From the NCBI GenBank assembly GCA_951406725.2, contig OX597836.1, positions 28,272,001-28,336,000 on the forward strand: a DNA stretch of 64,000 bases. Direction: 5' to 3'. Below, piece after piece: positions 1 to 14,837 of this stretch (the first letter of the stretch is position 1; every line of letters starts with the position of its first letter). The DNA is from Octopus vulgaris. Its lineage: Eukaryota. The notes under the pieces were generated by a model. That model was not told the DNA's origin. It was given only the letters and a program-made list of their open reading frames with translations, and did not search any database. A program made the translations under genes and the position numbers.

Positions 1-336
1 CAGAGCATCTCAACAGAAATACGGTAACAAAAGGGTTAAAATAACTTAGTTATCACTCAGCTAGTGTTAGGAACATAAATTGTGACTAAGGTTTGGTGGA
101 AGATTTTAATTCAAAACTTACGAAAACAAGACATTTGTACTACAGAGCCAGTTTCAGCCGGGCTGGTATCAAAAGGGTTAACAGAAATATGGCAACAAAA
201 GGCTTAAAAGAGGGAGGACATAATAGTTAACTCTTTAACTGTGAGATTAAATTTCATGGTCGTTATTCCAGTAAAATCTACCAAAAGTAGAATTGTTATT
301 TTCTGCAAGTCACATTGCCTCTATAAACTTGACATA

Positions 337-860
337 CATCATTATCGTTTAACGTCTGCTTTCCATGCTAGAATAGGTTGGGCAATTTGACTGAGAAATG
401 GCGAACCAGATGGCTGCACCAGGCTCCAATGTTGATCTGGCAGAGTTTCTACAGCTGGATGCCCTTCCTAATGCCAACCACTCCGAGAGTGTAGTGGGTG
501 CTTTTACATGCCACCGGCACGAGGGCCTGTCAGGCAGTACTGGCAACGTCCTCGCTCGAATGTTTTTACACGTGCTACCGGCACAAGTGCCAGTAAGGCG
601 ACATTGGTAACAATCACGCTCGAATGGTACCTTTCACATGCTACCGGCACGGAAGCCAGTTAGCCGCTCTGGCAACGATCACGCTAGGATGGTGCTCTTA
701 GCACCCTACTAGCACAGGGCACAAGTGCCCATAAGGCGACTCTGGTAAAGATCACACTCGAATGGTGCCTTTTTTGTGCCACTGGCATGGAAGCCGGTTA
801 GCCGCTCTGTCAACGATCACTCGTATGGTGCTCTTTGCACCCCGCTAACACGGATACCTC
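337..860 (-). mobile_element. Meta-domain-like SINE with (ATG)n tail and internal ~75-bp tandem repeats (other copies include 21652-21830, 42140-42428, 54343-54630)
   Basis: Recurrent GTTGGC.TTAGGAAGGGCATCCAGCTGTAGAAA core with a GATGATG tail; many dispersed copies in the window. Confidence 0.7.
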
Positions 861-1787
861 AGCAGAAAATAGTTTCAAATATGACATTCTTCAACAAAAT
901 TTAGATTGATATATAAAGCTGCTTCCTGCAGTTAAGGATAATTAAATTTTGGGTGGAGATATCTGCTTTCCACAGTAAAAGGGTTAAGGTAGTCTTAGAC
1001 ACTTTATATCAGAAGGCAAGGCACCATAATCATGGCCAGAATATCACTTAAGGATCGTGTTCTGATTACTAAAGACAAATATGTTATGATATTTACACGG
1101 AAGGGTCACTGAGTGATCAGAAGTTTGCTTCTCACATGCTTCTGACTTCAGTCTCACTGAAGTGACACCTTGAACAAGTGTTTTCTAATATAGCCCTAGG
1201 CCAACCAAAGCTTTCTGAGTGGATTACATCAACATCATCATCATCATCACCATTATCATCACCATCATCATCAACATCATCATCATCGTTTAATGTCAGT
1301 TTTCCATGTTGGCCTGAGTTGGACAGTTTGACAGAAGCTGGCCAGTTGAAGGGCTGTTCAGGCCCCCCCCCTGTCTGTTTTGGTATGGTTTCTATGGCTG
1401 GATGCCCTTCCTAGCGCCAACCCCCTTACAAAGTGTACTGGGTGCTTTTACACAGCTCACCATCACACACACACCATCAACATCATCATCATCATCATCG
1501 TCATTTTAATGTCTGTTCTCCATGATGATGGGGGTGGGGTGCATGCATTGCTGTATCCTCACCTTGACATCATGTGATTGTTGTAAACAAGTGTCAGCAT
1601 AGAGGTCTACTTTCAGTTTCCCTCTACCAAATCTATTCACAAGGCTTTGGTCAGCCCAGGGACTATTGTACAAGACACTTGCCTCAAAATACCATGAAGT
1701 GGGGGGAAGCAAACTTCTTACCACACAGCCATGCCTGCACCTAAATATTTAAATCAACAGTTTTCAATCACAGCTGACAAAGGTGCA

Positions 1788-2160
1788 TATGGCCCTAAAG
1801 CAACCTTTTCATGGCCCTCAAGCAACCTTTTCATGGCCCTCAAGTAACCTTTTCATAACCCTCAAGCATCCTTTTCGTGGCCCTCAAGCATCCTTTTCAT
1901 GGCTCCCAAGCATCCTTTTCATGGCCCTCAAGCAACCTTTTCATGGCCCTTAAACATCCTTTTTGTGGTCCTTAGCAGCCATTTCGTGGCCCTCAAGCAT
2001 CCTTTTCATGGCCCTCAAGCAACCTTTTCATGGCCCTCAAGCAACCTTTTCATGGCCCTCTAGCAGCCATTTCATGGCCATCAAGCAACCTTTTCATGGC
2101 CCTCAAGCAACCTTTTCATGGCTCTCAAGCAACCTTTTCATGGCTCTCAAGCAACCTTTT
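1788..2160. repeat. 21-bp minisatellite (CATGGCCCTCAAGCAACCTTT-type unit), about 17 copies
   Basis: Direct tandem repeat read from the sequence. Confidence 0.95.
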
Positions 2161-2358
2161 CTTTGACTTGTGTCTTACATTTTTTGGTGCAGCCCCCTAA
2201 AAAAAAAAATTCCAGGTTTTGGACCTGGCCTGGCCTGGATATTAAAAAGGTTGAAAACAACTGATGTAAATATTTCATATTCAAAATGATTATGGACAAG
2301 GAGAGCTGCATCAAAAAGTGCCAATCACTAATTGTGTGGGGAACCTGTGGAAGGGGTA

Positions 2359-2593
2359 CAGTAATCCCTCACCATATCACGGTTCACCTATAGCACACTC
2401 AGTACATCGCAGTTCACCTATCATGCCCTCAGTACATCATGGATTTTTCTAGTCAATATATGTGAATTTATATCACAGGCTCCTCAGTATATCCAGGTTT
2501 CTGTGGCCAATAGGTATTTATAGTTTTTTTAATTTTAATTACTTCTGTGGGAGGTTTTGGAATGTAACACCACCGATAGTTGAGGGATGACTG
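2359..2593. mobile_element. Tc1/mariner/pogo-type MITE
   Basis: TA|CAGTAATCCCTC...GAGGGATGACTG|TA. Confidence 0.75.
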
Positions 2594-3115
2594 TAGACCC
2601 GGAAAAACATGGGACAAAGTGGTGAAGCATGACCTTCAGATGTTAGGTCCCACAGAGGCAATGACAAATGATCAAGACCTCTGGCGGTTTGCTGTGCTTC
2701 AGAAGATTTGTCAGGCCAAGTGAAATTGTTGTCATGGACAGCGCCAATGACACGTAAAAGGCACTTGTGACAGTGACACATAAAAGGTATTCATTACATT
2801 CTTGGAGTGGTTGGTGTTAGGAAGGGCATCCAGCCATAGAAACCATGCCAAATCAGACTGGAGGCTGGTGCAACTCTTTGGCATACCAGTTCCAGCCAAA
2901 CCATCTAACCTATGCCAGCTTGGAAAGCAATTGCTAAATGATGATGATGGTTAAGAAAATAAAATGGAGTTGACATAGACCAGAAAGAGTCAAAGCCCCA
3001 AAAAACTGCCTCAACATCTGTGATCTATAATTCTTTAAATATAAACACCAATTTATATTGCCAGTTTGTAAGGAAATTTCACACGCACTCTTTGTGTGTG
3101 TGTGTGTGTGTGTGT

Positions 3116-3150
<35 letters not shown>

Positions 3151-4209
3151 TGTGTGTGTGTGATCATGTATCATTAAGCCATGACTGTTGGTAGCAGTGT
3201 TTGGTGTAGCTTACTGCCAAATGTCGTTATAATTAATTTTTTATTAATTACATATGCTATTAAACAGTTCCACAATATACTCACTGTAATTTGCAAATCT
3301 CCCTTGCCAAAATCTCACCCTGTTGGATGTTTTTGTCATTTGTTTTCTCTTTTGTATGTTTTCATAACCCCCATACACTCACACACAAAAACTCATTTGT
3401 TTATCAAGTGATTTACTTAATATAACAACAAAACTCTCTCACCAAACTCCATCTAGTTTCTTTTCAAAAGAAGATCCATACCAGCCTATAAAAAAGTTTC
3501 ATCTAAAAAGGATCAAAAGCAAAGTCAACCTCAGTGGAAATTGAACTCAGAACATAAAGAAAAATGAAATACCTATTTCTTTATTACCCACAAGGGGCTA
3601 AACATAGAGGAGACAAACATGGACAGACATAGGTATTAAGTCGATTATATCGACTCAGTACGTAACTGGTACTTAATTTATCGACCCCGAAAGGATGAAA
3701 GGCAAAGTCGACCTCGGCGGAATTTGAACTCACAACGTAACGGCAGCCGAAATACCGCTAAGCATTTCGCCCGACGTACTAACAATTCTGCCAGCTCGCT
3801 GCCTTTAAAATATACAGGGAGGACAAGATCCAATTGATCGAAATTGCAAGAGACAGGCCTACAATTCCAGTCTGTTATATATTTTGAGTATTGTTATCAC
3901 TAGCGATATCAAGATATAACTTTGTATTTTGTATTTTATGTGTAGATGTATATATATAGTTGTACATGTAATATGTACACATATATACATGCATAATATA
4001 TCTACCCATACGCACACACACACACACATACATAGGGGCAGGTGTGGCTGTGTGGTAACAAACTACGTTCCAAACACATGGTCCTGGGTTCAGTCCCACT
4101 GTGTGGTGACTTGGCATATGTCTTCTGCTGTAGCTTCAGACCAACAAAAGCCTTCTCAGTGGATTTTGTACATATATACAGGCATACATACATATATATA
4201 CATGCATGT

Positions 4210-4632
4210 TCTATATTTTATAAATTACCCATATTTACTTACCCATGCTTCATTCCCCTCTTGCCTACATAGGGCATCCATTCTCTTTTAACACAGCATG
4301 AAGTTTTGTAACAGCACATCCACTGCCGTTTGTGGAAAATGAAGAGACCCTATTCACCTGCGAACGTTTTACACCGCCTTCCACGACTATCAAATTCTTA
4401 CAATTATGAGAACAATAACATGGCTCTTTTCAGGGCAACCTCGCATTCAATTCTTACACCATTCTACGAGGGGGTAGGAACCCCTTTACATGGCTTTCTA
4501 TACACTTACAAATACATTCATTCGCCGTAAACTTATATCAATATTTGCCTGAATAATCATCATAATTCAGTGCAATCATTAACAGTACTTTCAAGCAATT
4601 CAGCCCCGAGCATCGCCGGGCAATTCTGCTAG
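4210..4632 (+). mobile_element. Helitron-like element
   Basis: 3' CCCGAGCATCGCCGGG hairpin + CTAG|T; the 5' TC boundary is approximate. Confidence 0.6.
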
Positions 4633-5881
4633 TATATATATAAAACTGTGTGTGTATATGTGCATATATCTACATGTTGTTTGTGTGTGTGTGTTTCTGT
4701 TTTGTTTTTGTTGTGTGTGTCCCTTAAAGATGCATGCTTCTCATTACCCTGCTGTCTGTCTACATGTGTTTTGGTGCCTTTTGATGACTCCTGCTTCTGA
4801 GGTACAGCTGAATACACACTGACCCACACATGTTTGTGTGTATAGTGTGTACATTTTGATTGATCTCTATCTTACACATTTATTATGTATATTTTTATAT
4901 ATATATATTTATATTTATATTTATATTCATATATATATATATATTTATATATATATATATTTATATATTCATATATATATATATATTTATATTTATATAT
5001 ATATATATAAAGAGAGAGAGAAAAAGAGAGAGATGGTTAGATATATATCACCATGGGGTTAATTAATTATACATAAGGCTATAAGTCTCTCTCTCTCTCT
5101 CTCTTTCTAAGTGTCTGTGTTTGTGGATGCTTGTATGTCTGTCTGTCTGTCAATGTGTCTGTCTGTTGCCCACAGTTCTTGGTGAACTAAGCCTGTTGTC
5201 CAGTTTCTAGTTGGTATCACATTTCAGTAATATCACTAATACTCTAAAAAGAGGCATGAGCATCGCAACATCTCATCTGTCTACACCTTAGACAAATGAT
5301 ATGGCATTTTAGATTCTGCACATTCAAAACAACACATGTACATCATCATCATTATCATCGTCATCAGGAATCAACAACAAACAAGATGAGGACAAATATT
5401 CAGCGAATGTAAATAATGTACATAATTCCTCATCTCTTATATATAGAACTTTACATATTCTTTATTAAGAATAATGAATTTGTGCTCAACAAAAGTATAG
5501 AGTAACCCATTAGATTAATGTGAAATTGTTTTTATTATAACTGAACATAAAAGCAGGCATGTTTGTGTTTGTGTGTGTGTTTGTATACAAGGAACCTTCT
5601 TTCTATTTGCTTCTATCAAATCTTGTGTCACAAAGCTTTGGTCAGCTTCAGGCTGTTGTGGAAGACACAGCATTTCTTCTGGCTTTTTATGTTCTCAGTT
5701 CAAATCCTGCCAAGATCAACTTCGCTTTTTTTTTTTTTTCAGGGTCATTAAAATAAGTACCAGTTGAGCATTGGGGGAGGTCAATGTTATTGACTGTCCC
5801 TTGCCCCCTTTCCCCCAAAACTGCTAGCTTTGTGCCAAAATTTGAAACCATTCTTATTGTTATTATTATTATTATTTGCAG

Positions 5882-6065
5882 TGCACAAAATCCATTTCCT
5901 TCGCCATGAAAGGGACCGAACCTTCTTCTTTGACTTTGGAGAAGTGTCCCCACAAGAGACAGTGACAGGGGCCGAACTGAGGTTGTACAAAGCCAAGGAT
6001 AGGCGTGGTCGCCATACAACTTATCATATTGAGGTGTTTACCATCCAACAGGGAGTTGATGAACA
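5882..6065 (+). CDS. BMP5-8: BMP5-8/Gbb-like ligand, copy A, prodomain exon (first exon visible; the 5' part of the gene lies outside the window or was not found)
   Basis: tttgcAG acceptor and GTaagt donor. Encodes HKIHFLRHERDRTFFFDFGEVSPQETVTGAELRLYK..., the TGF-beta propeptide F.FD....E.V..AELRLYK motif. Ends in phase 2, matching the next exon. Confidence 0.9.
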
Positions 6066-7444
6066 GTAAGTATTGACATCGGTTCTACACCCATCATCTT
6101 TTGAACTGGATTCATGTCACCACTTTTATATACACTCACTCGTGTGGAAGCAATCCTCTAATTTACATCAGGAGGGAAGGTCATTAAAATTTGATACCAC
6201 CTCCTACAAATAGTAGTGGGTGGTGTCAAAATTTTCATAATGTGGTGTGAATAACTATGACTCCTCCAACTAAAATTCTTCATGGTGGTATCCCAGCATG
6301 GCCACAGCCTAATGCCCAAAACAGGCAAAAGATGAAAGATGAAAGGTGAGAAAACAGAGAGATCGTGTTGCTAATTTCAGTCGCGTGTCTAGCTTCTGTG
6401 TTGCACTGTAGGTTGTACATAAGAGGGTTGTGGCTCAGCTGGCGAATCGACAATGTTTTGAGAAAAGGGGACAAGTACTTAAACCGTTTTGCAGATCCCT
6501 TCCAGCAATTAATCAGTGAACCAAGACACATTAATTGGTAATATTTGGAAAATGCGATAAATCACACAGTTGACGTATCGAGGAATGAGCCATCAAATGT
6601 AGAGAAAGTATATTGGTGGCAACCGGGCAAGTCACAGGTAGAAAGGTCCCAGGAAGGGACAAAATACTTGCAGAAGTGTGGGGAGAAAATGGAGGAAATA
6701 AACCCATTAGATACCTATTTCTTTATTACCCACAAGGGGCTAAACACAGAGGGGACTAACAAGGACAGTCATAGGTATTAAGTCGATTACATCGACCCCA
6801 GTGCGTAACTGGTACTTAATTTATCGACCCCGAAAGGATGAAAGGCAAAGTCGACCTCGGCAGAATTTGAACTCACAACGTAACGCAGATGAAATACCGC
6901 AAGGCATTTCGCCCGGCGTGCTAACGTTTCTGCCAGCTCGCCACCTTATATATAAGTGAAATCCAAATACAACAAATTCCATTAGATACCTTCACCTGTT
7001 GATGCTAGAATCATGAGAGGCTGGTGATAACTTGAAAGGTTGGGAAGATGCTAATATTATTCATAAGCTGACAGAATTGGGCAAATTGCTGAGCAGTATT
7101 TCATCCATTTCATCTGAGTTCAAATTCCGCTAAGGTTGACTTCACCTTTCATTTTTTTTTAGTGTCAATAAAATAAGTACCAGTTGAGTACTGGGGTTGA
7201 TGTAATCAATTTACCCCCTCCTCCAAAATTGCTGGCCTTCTACCAGAATTTGAAATCTGCAAACTGGCAAAATTGTTGGCATGCTGGGCAAAAGGCTTAG
7301 AGGCATTCTGTCCGTCTTTAATGTTCTGAGTTCAAATTCCACCAAGGTCAACTTTGCCCTTCATCCGTTCAGGTTTGATAAAATAAGTACCAGCTGAACA
7401 CTGGGGTCAATGTAAATGATTTTAAGCCATTAGCCATTGACAGG

Positions 7445-7830
7445 CAAGGGCTTTGTCAACATCGGTATTATTCACTTTCTTTGGGTACTTGTCATTGAGA
7501 GGTTTTTCTTGCCATTTATCAGTAAGACTGTCTTAGGCAGCAGTTATAGCACAGGTTTTCATGCACTTAACTTTTTCTGTGCTTGTTTCTAGTACGTCTA
7601 CTTATGGAATTTGTTGTATTTGGATTTCACTTATATATTCCTTTGCCTGTTTTGTTACTGAGTATGATGCTTTCTTGTTTTCATGTTTTGAGAAAAGATT
7701 TAACTTCCAGTCCTCAGAGTTTTTCAGGTAGGTGTCAAGACTAGCTGTGGCAGTCTTCATCGTTATTGCCAGTTGTAAAACTCCATGGTCTCCTACTTTT
7801 CTTAGCAGATAAAGTCGTTCTGTATTTGCC
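7445..7830 (-). mobile_element. R4/Dong-like LINE ORF fragment
   Basis: Minus-strand translation ANTERLYLLRKVGDHGVLQL... resembles the ERLY.PR..GGRGL post-RT motif. Abuts a (TAA)n tract. Confidence 0.6.
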
Positions 7831-7971
7831 TTCTATGCATTGTCAACAACTTCCGTATTATTATTATTATCATCGTCATCATTATCATAATTATTATTAT
7901 TATCATTATTATTATCATCATTATTATCATTATTGTTATTATTGCTAATATTGTTGTTGTTGTTGTTGTTG

Positions 7972-8021
<50 letters not shown>

Positions 8022-8791
8022 GTCTTTGTATTGTCCCCCTCGTCTTTCACCCTGGTGGCAAATAAAAGAAATCATCATCATCATCATCATCATTATTATC
8101 ATTATTATTGTTATTAGTATTGTTATTATTGTTTCATAATGCTAATATTGTCATTACTATTATCATCATCATCATCATCATCATTATTATTATTATTATT
8201 CAAGGATGCTAGAAATAAATGTATTAAGTATTTAGGGGTTTCTCTACCTGCTTCAGTCAGGGAGACCTTTGCAAGTATATTTCTCAATAAACTGAATTCA
8301 GCAATATAAGTTTCTTATTTTGGCACAAAACCAACAATTTTGAGGGGAGGGGGGTCAGCTGATTACATTGTACCCCAGTACTTGAGAGGTTCTTTATTTC
8401 CTCATTTCATCGCAAGAGAAATTTGATTACTGTTTTGGGCAGATCTAGAAGCCACAAAGAAGCTCCTTCATAGGCATTCCAGTTGTGACCATCTTACCTT
8501 AAAACAGGATGGTCACAGCAGGAAAGCCTATGATCATTGGTTTGCTCCACCAGTATCAACCTAGGGTTAAACAACAACAACAATAACATTTGATTTATTG
8601 ATTCAAGACTTGTCAAAAATTTGCTCTTATTCAGCAACTTTGACAGTCACACACATATACACACACATGCATATTCAGCAGTTTTAGTTGGTTTCCTTCC
8701 TTCTCTGACATCCTCCACCATCCTCACCACACCCCACCATCTTTACCCCCTCTGAGCCTCTTTTTGTGGATTTCATTGATTTCTATTGGAG

Positions 8792-9458
<667 letters not shown>

Positions 9459-11086
9459 ACCCTCCCTCCCTCCCTTCTCTTCCCTCTCGTCTTCTTGCAG
9501 CACCCATCTTTTACTCTTTGATCTGTCACAATTCATTAACTAACTTCACATGATGTCAGCAATGAACATTTTCAAGCTTCTGAACTCTTCCCTGACCCCG
9601 ACCACGACCTACTTTGGGTTTTTTTTCTTTTTCTTTTTGGTTTTGTTTTTTTTTTTACTCTTGATTTTATTCCCCCCCCTTTTTTTTTTCTTTTTTGCTT
9701 GGCATTTTTAGGCTTCCTTTTTTTTTTTTCTGATTTAGTAATTTCTTCACCACACTTCACTTTGGGCAAATGTCTTCTATTATAGATGCAGGCCAACCAA
9801 AAGCCTTGTGAGTGTATTTACTGGGATGGAAATTGAAGAAGCCTGCCATCATCATCATCATTATCATCATCATCAATAAGCGTCCGTTGTCCATGCTGGC
9901 ATGGGTTGGACGATTTGACCAGGGCTTGTAAACTGAAGGGGCTGCACCAGACTCCAGTCTGATTTGGCATGGTTTCCACAGCTGGAAATCCTTCCCAATA
10001 CCAACCACTCCAAGAGCGTAATGGGTACTTTTACATGCCAGTCGCATAACACCAGTGTCTGCCACAACTACAATTTCATTTGGCTTGATGTTGGTGTGTT
10101 TACATTTTCAAGTTTCACTTGAAATGGAAAGTGTAGGTGGAGAAGGAGATGCTGTCCTGGAAGGAATTTTGTGTAAGGTGGGTGAGAAAGTTGTGAAAAT
10201 GTTAAGAGTGGATGGTGCCACTCTAAGTGTAAACCTGTGAGTCAGAGGAAAGGAATTCAAGAGGGCACCTGCCCTTAGTGTTCAGGAAAATCTTGGACAA
10301 TGGGGATTCCTCAATTATCCTTAAAGGTCTTCCTGTATCAAAAGGACCAGATCACTATCATCCCCTTTTCTCCTTTTTTTTTCTTTTTACTGCTGTATAC
10401 TATGTATACTTACTTTCTTTGTTTTATTGTATACCATGTATAGATCCTTTCTTTTTTTTTTTTCCTTAATCATTTCATTATATATAAACCCCCGCATTTT
10501 ACATGTGTCATTATATTGTCCCCTTCATCCTTCGCAAATAAAAGAAATTATGATTATTCTCATTATTATTATTTTAATTAATATTTTATTACGCAGTTTT
10601 GAATTTATTAATTAGGACCATTTCCTTCCTAATATTGCTGGGATTAAGAACGGTCTCCACAACATGCAAGTTTTCGTTTCTTCTTGTGTCTAAAAATATC
10701 TCTGCCTTCCTCGCAGCACCACAAACAAATCCTTTCCAATTATTTATGACTTCAAAGTTTTAAAATACTTTTTCACATATGCTAATGTGATTAAAATTTG
10801 TAATATTTCTCTCTAATTTTGGCACAAAGCCAGCAATTTGGGGGGGAGGGGTAAGTCGAATACATCGATGCCCCCCACCCTCCAACGCTTGACTTGTACT
10901 TATTTTATCAAGCCTTAGCAAAATTTGAACCCTGAACATAAAAAGACAGAAGAAATACCACTAAGCATTCTATCCGATGCTCTAACAATTCTGCTAGCTC
11001 ACTGCCTTAAAATTTTTAATATTGGTTTCAGATTCTGAGTTCAAATTCCACTGAGGTTGACTTTGCCTTTCGTCCTTTCAGAGTCA

Positions 11087-11136
<50 letters not shown>

Positions 11137-11146
11137 CAACAATAAC

Positions 11147-11181
<35 letters not shown>

Positions 11182-11221
11182 TAATATAATAATAATAATA
11201 ACAATAATGATAATAATGATG

Positions 11222-11255
<34 letters not shown>

Positions 11256-11487
11256 TGATGATGGTGACAAGCTGGCAGAATTGTTAGCACACTGAGAAAA
11301 ATGCTTAGTGGCATTCCGTCCATCTTTTTGTTCTGAGTTCAAATTTGGCTGTGGTCGACTTTGCTGTTCATCCTTTCAGGGTCGATAAAATATGTACCTG
11401 TTAAGCTCTGAGGTCAATGTAATTGACTCATCCCCTCCCCTAAAATTGCTGGCCTGGTGCCAATATTTGAAACCAATGATGATGATG

Positions 11488-11520
<33 letters not shown>

Positions 11521-12385
11521 GCTTTATTTATTTGGCACCAGGGTGGAGGGTGAGGGGGACAATACAAAACAAAGTGTGGGGGGGAATCACTATTTTTAGA
11601 TCTCACAATGTAAGATATTCAGCAACAGTACTTTGGAGTAAAGATTGTTTGCCAGCATAACATAGCAGTCCTGATTTAGGATGAATGTTGCTGTAATTTA
11701 GTTCCAGGAGACATCGTCACTGGCTGGCTATATGACACGATCTGTGTCCTATCTTAGGCGGCGAGCTGGCAGAAACGTTAGCACGCCGGGCGAAATGCAT
11801 AGCTGTATTTCGTCTGTCGTTACATTATGAGTTCAAATTCCGCCAAGGTCGACTTTGCCTTTCATCCTTTCGGGGTCGATGTAATTGACTTAATCCCTTT
11901 GTCTATCCTTGTTTGTCCCCTCTATGTCTAGCCCCTTGTGGGCAATAAAGAAATAGATCTGTGTCTTTATCTGTTCAAAAATATAAGGACACAGATCGTG
12001 TTGTATAGCCAGCTGGAGACGATGTCTCCTGGGGCTAAATTACACCAACATTAGTCCTAAACCAGGACTGCCATGTTATGTTGGCAAACAATCTTTACTC
12101 CAAAGTGCGTGGGGTTAACATTTAATGAAATGATAAAATAAATAAATAAGCAAAACAAAAAAGAGTAAGTATACCCAGTACACAATGAAAAGGAAGGGAA
12201 ATATACCTGTTATACAAAGGTTAACAAAAAAAAGCGGGGCAATAATAGAGATGTAGTTCTCCTGATACAGGATGACTCCTAGGGATAATCAAGGAACCCC
12301 ACTGTCGATGATCTCCCTGAACACCAAAGGTAATAATAATAATGTTATTTTATCAAACATCCTCAAATTCTTAATTATTTTCTAA

Positions 12386-12550
12386 CAGGTGCAGGAGTGG
12401 CTGTGTGGTAAGTAGCTTGCTAACCAACCACATGGTTCCGGGTTCAGTCCCACTGCATGGCATCTTGGGCAAGTGTCTTCTGCTATAGCCTCAGGCCGAC
12501 CAAAGCCTTGTGAGTGGATTTGGTAGACAGAAATTGAAAGAAGCCTGTCG

Positions 12551-12593
<43 letters not shown>

Positions 12594-12805
12594 GTGTGTG
12601 TATATGTTTGTCTGTGTTTGTCCCCCTAGCATTGCTTGACAACCGATGCTGGTGTGTTTACGTCCCCGTCACTTAGTGGTTCAGCAAATGAGACCGATAG
12701 AATAAGTACTGGGCTTACAATGAATAAGTCCTGGGGTCGATTTGCTCGACTAAAGGCGGTGGTCCAGCATGGCCGCAGTCAAATGACTGAAACCAGTAAA
12801 AGAGT
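12386..12805 (+). mobile_element. tRNA-derived SINE family 1, full length (copies at 20733-21145, 25570-25940, 29911-30292, 40275-40655 on -, and many fragments)
   Basis: A-box-like TGGCTGTGTGGT and B-box-like GGTTCAGTCCC, central (TA/TG)n, conserved 3' end ...GACTGAAACAAGTAAAAGA. Confidence 0.85.
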
Positions 12806-13094
12806 AACTAAAATGTATAAAAAGTAAATTAGAAATATGGCTTTGGAAGACAGACAGCTGCCACCCATCCTCTGTCCCTCCCTCGCTCTTCTTTTCTCAT
12901 TTTCCACTAAGTCTTGTGGAATGGTGTGTCTTGGGAAGTTTGGTACATTCCAGAAGTAACCTGGATATTGTTTTTATAAGTGAGTGTAGACAGTGGTGTT
13001 GGCGACAGCGCTTCATGCTGTTGTAGTTCCATCTGTAAAAGTATGTCTATGTTAATTAATAAGACATGTCTGAAATTATAATTGGAAAACATAG

Positions 13095-13700
13095 AGTGTG
13101 TGTGTGTGTGTAGCTTTGTGTATCTGTGTGGGTGTGTAGTTTTGTTTGTATGTGCGTAGGAGTGTATGTATGTGTGTAAAGATTTTTGTATTGGTGTATG
13201 TAGCTTTGTGTATCTGTGTGTGTATATGTGTAGCTTTGTGTATCTGTATGAGTGTGTAGTTTTGTATGTGTGGGGGGGTGTATGTAGCTTTGTGTATCTA
13301 TGTGTTTGTGTAGCTTTGTGTATCTGTGTGAGTGTGTAGTTTTGTTTGTATGTGCGTAGGAGTGTATGTATGTGTGTAAAGCTTTTTGTATCTGTGTGTG
13401 TGTGTGTGTAGTTTTGTTTGTATATGTGTGGGGGGTGTATGTGTATAGCTTTTTGTATCTGTGTGGGTGTGTAGTTTTGTTTGTATGGGTGTAGGGGTGT
13501 ATGTATGTGTGTGTGTAGCTTTGTGTATCTGTGTGAGTGTGTAGTTTTGTTTGCATGGGTGTGGCGGGTGTATGTATGTGTGTAGCTTTGTGTATCTGTG
13601 TGAGTGTATAGTTTTGTTTGTATGTGTGTAGGGGTGTATGCATGTGTGTATAGCTTTGTGTATCTGTGTGAGTGTGTAGTTTTGTTTATCTGTGTAGGGG
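13095..13700. repeat. degenerate TG-rich satellite with ~70-bp units
   Basis: Recurring GTAGCTTTGTGTATCTGTGTGAGTGTGTAGTTTTGTTTG. Confidence 0.85.
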
Positions 13701-14044
13701 TGGCTGGCTACATTTATTTATGTTTGTGTGTAACTGTGTGAAAGAGAGAGACTGAAGTAGTTTCTATATCATGGCCTGTGGCTCCTGTGATTCCTTAGAA
13801 GACAAGGAATGGGATGGGTGCAGTGGAGCCTTATCATCTAAAGGAAGGGTAGTATTAGTGTATGTATGTGGCTGTGTGTATTTGGGATAATGTGGTAGGT
13901 CTGTATGATAGCAGTGTATGAGTGTGTATGTTGGTTCTCCTTTAACCTTTTCTTTACCATATTTATTTTGAGATGCTCTGAGTTTCAGTTAATTTTAAAG
14001 AAGCTTGTTGTATATATATGTATATGCTTACGCTAGTTCCCTTA

Positions 14045-14531
14045 TGAAATTATTGTATACAGTGCTCAGGTGCACCACAACTTGTCAGAAAGTGCGTATA
14101 AAGCATATGCAGTAATGTACAAATGTCTGGAAAGCAAACAGTGTATGAGTCAGATACATGCCTCTGTGTGTATGGAGGGGAGAAAATCAGGTGTAGTGTT
14201 GGCGAATCTCAGAAAGCATGGAAGTTTTGAAGGATGCAGTGCTCCGACAACTAACAACTGATGCCGGCAGTTTGTTCCATGCTTCAGCAACTCTCAGCGT
14301 GAAAAAATGTTTCCTAAAGTCATGGGAGCTGTGCTGTTTTCTGACTTTGTAAATATGTCCACGGGTGTTAGATGGGTGGAGTTCAAAAAGGTGCTCAGAG
14401 TTATTGTTTGTAAGATGGTTGATAATTTTATGGGTGTCTGCCAAGTTAGCTGCCAGATGTTGGAGTTTCAATGTGTCCATGCCCAGGGAAGTAAGGCATT
14501 CAGAATATGGCAAATGCCTGATGGAGGGTAT
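14045..14531 (-). mobile_element. CR1/L2-group LINE 3' fragment
   Basis: ORF2 C-terminus ...TRGHIYKVRK...RKHFFTLRVAEAWNKLP plus 3' UTR; near-identical to 36743-37243. Confidence 0.85.
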
Positions 14532-14685
14532 TGTCGCTGAACGGCTTCCAGACGATTGATATCCTTATGTTACTAATACTGTTCATTAGAAGAAAGGCAT
14601 GAACATCACAGCATCTCATTTGTTCTTCCTTTAAAACGTTGCTTCCAACCATTTGTGTTTAGTAAAGAATTTTATTTTGTTTCAG

Positions 14686-14837
14686 AGACAAGATTTTGGT
14701 TCCTGAAACCAATCATTTGGTGTCTTCTGACTTTGAAGGTTGGATCTTAATGAATGTTACCAATGCTGCAGACTCTTGGACCATCATGCCAGCTTCAAAT
14801 ATGGGTCTTTTTCTCAGAATCACTGACATGAGCACAG
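14686..14837 (+). CDS. BMP5-8: BMP5-8 copy A, prodomain exon
   Basis: tttcAG acceptor and GTggga donor. DKILVPETNHLVSSDFEGWILMNVTNAADSWTIMPASNMGLFLRI matches the EGW..F.VT.A...W...P..N.GL propeptide motif. Phases 2/1 are consistent. Confidence 0.9.
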
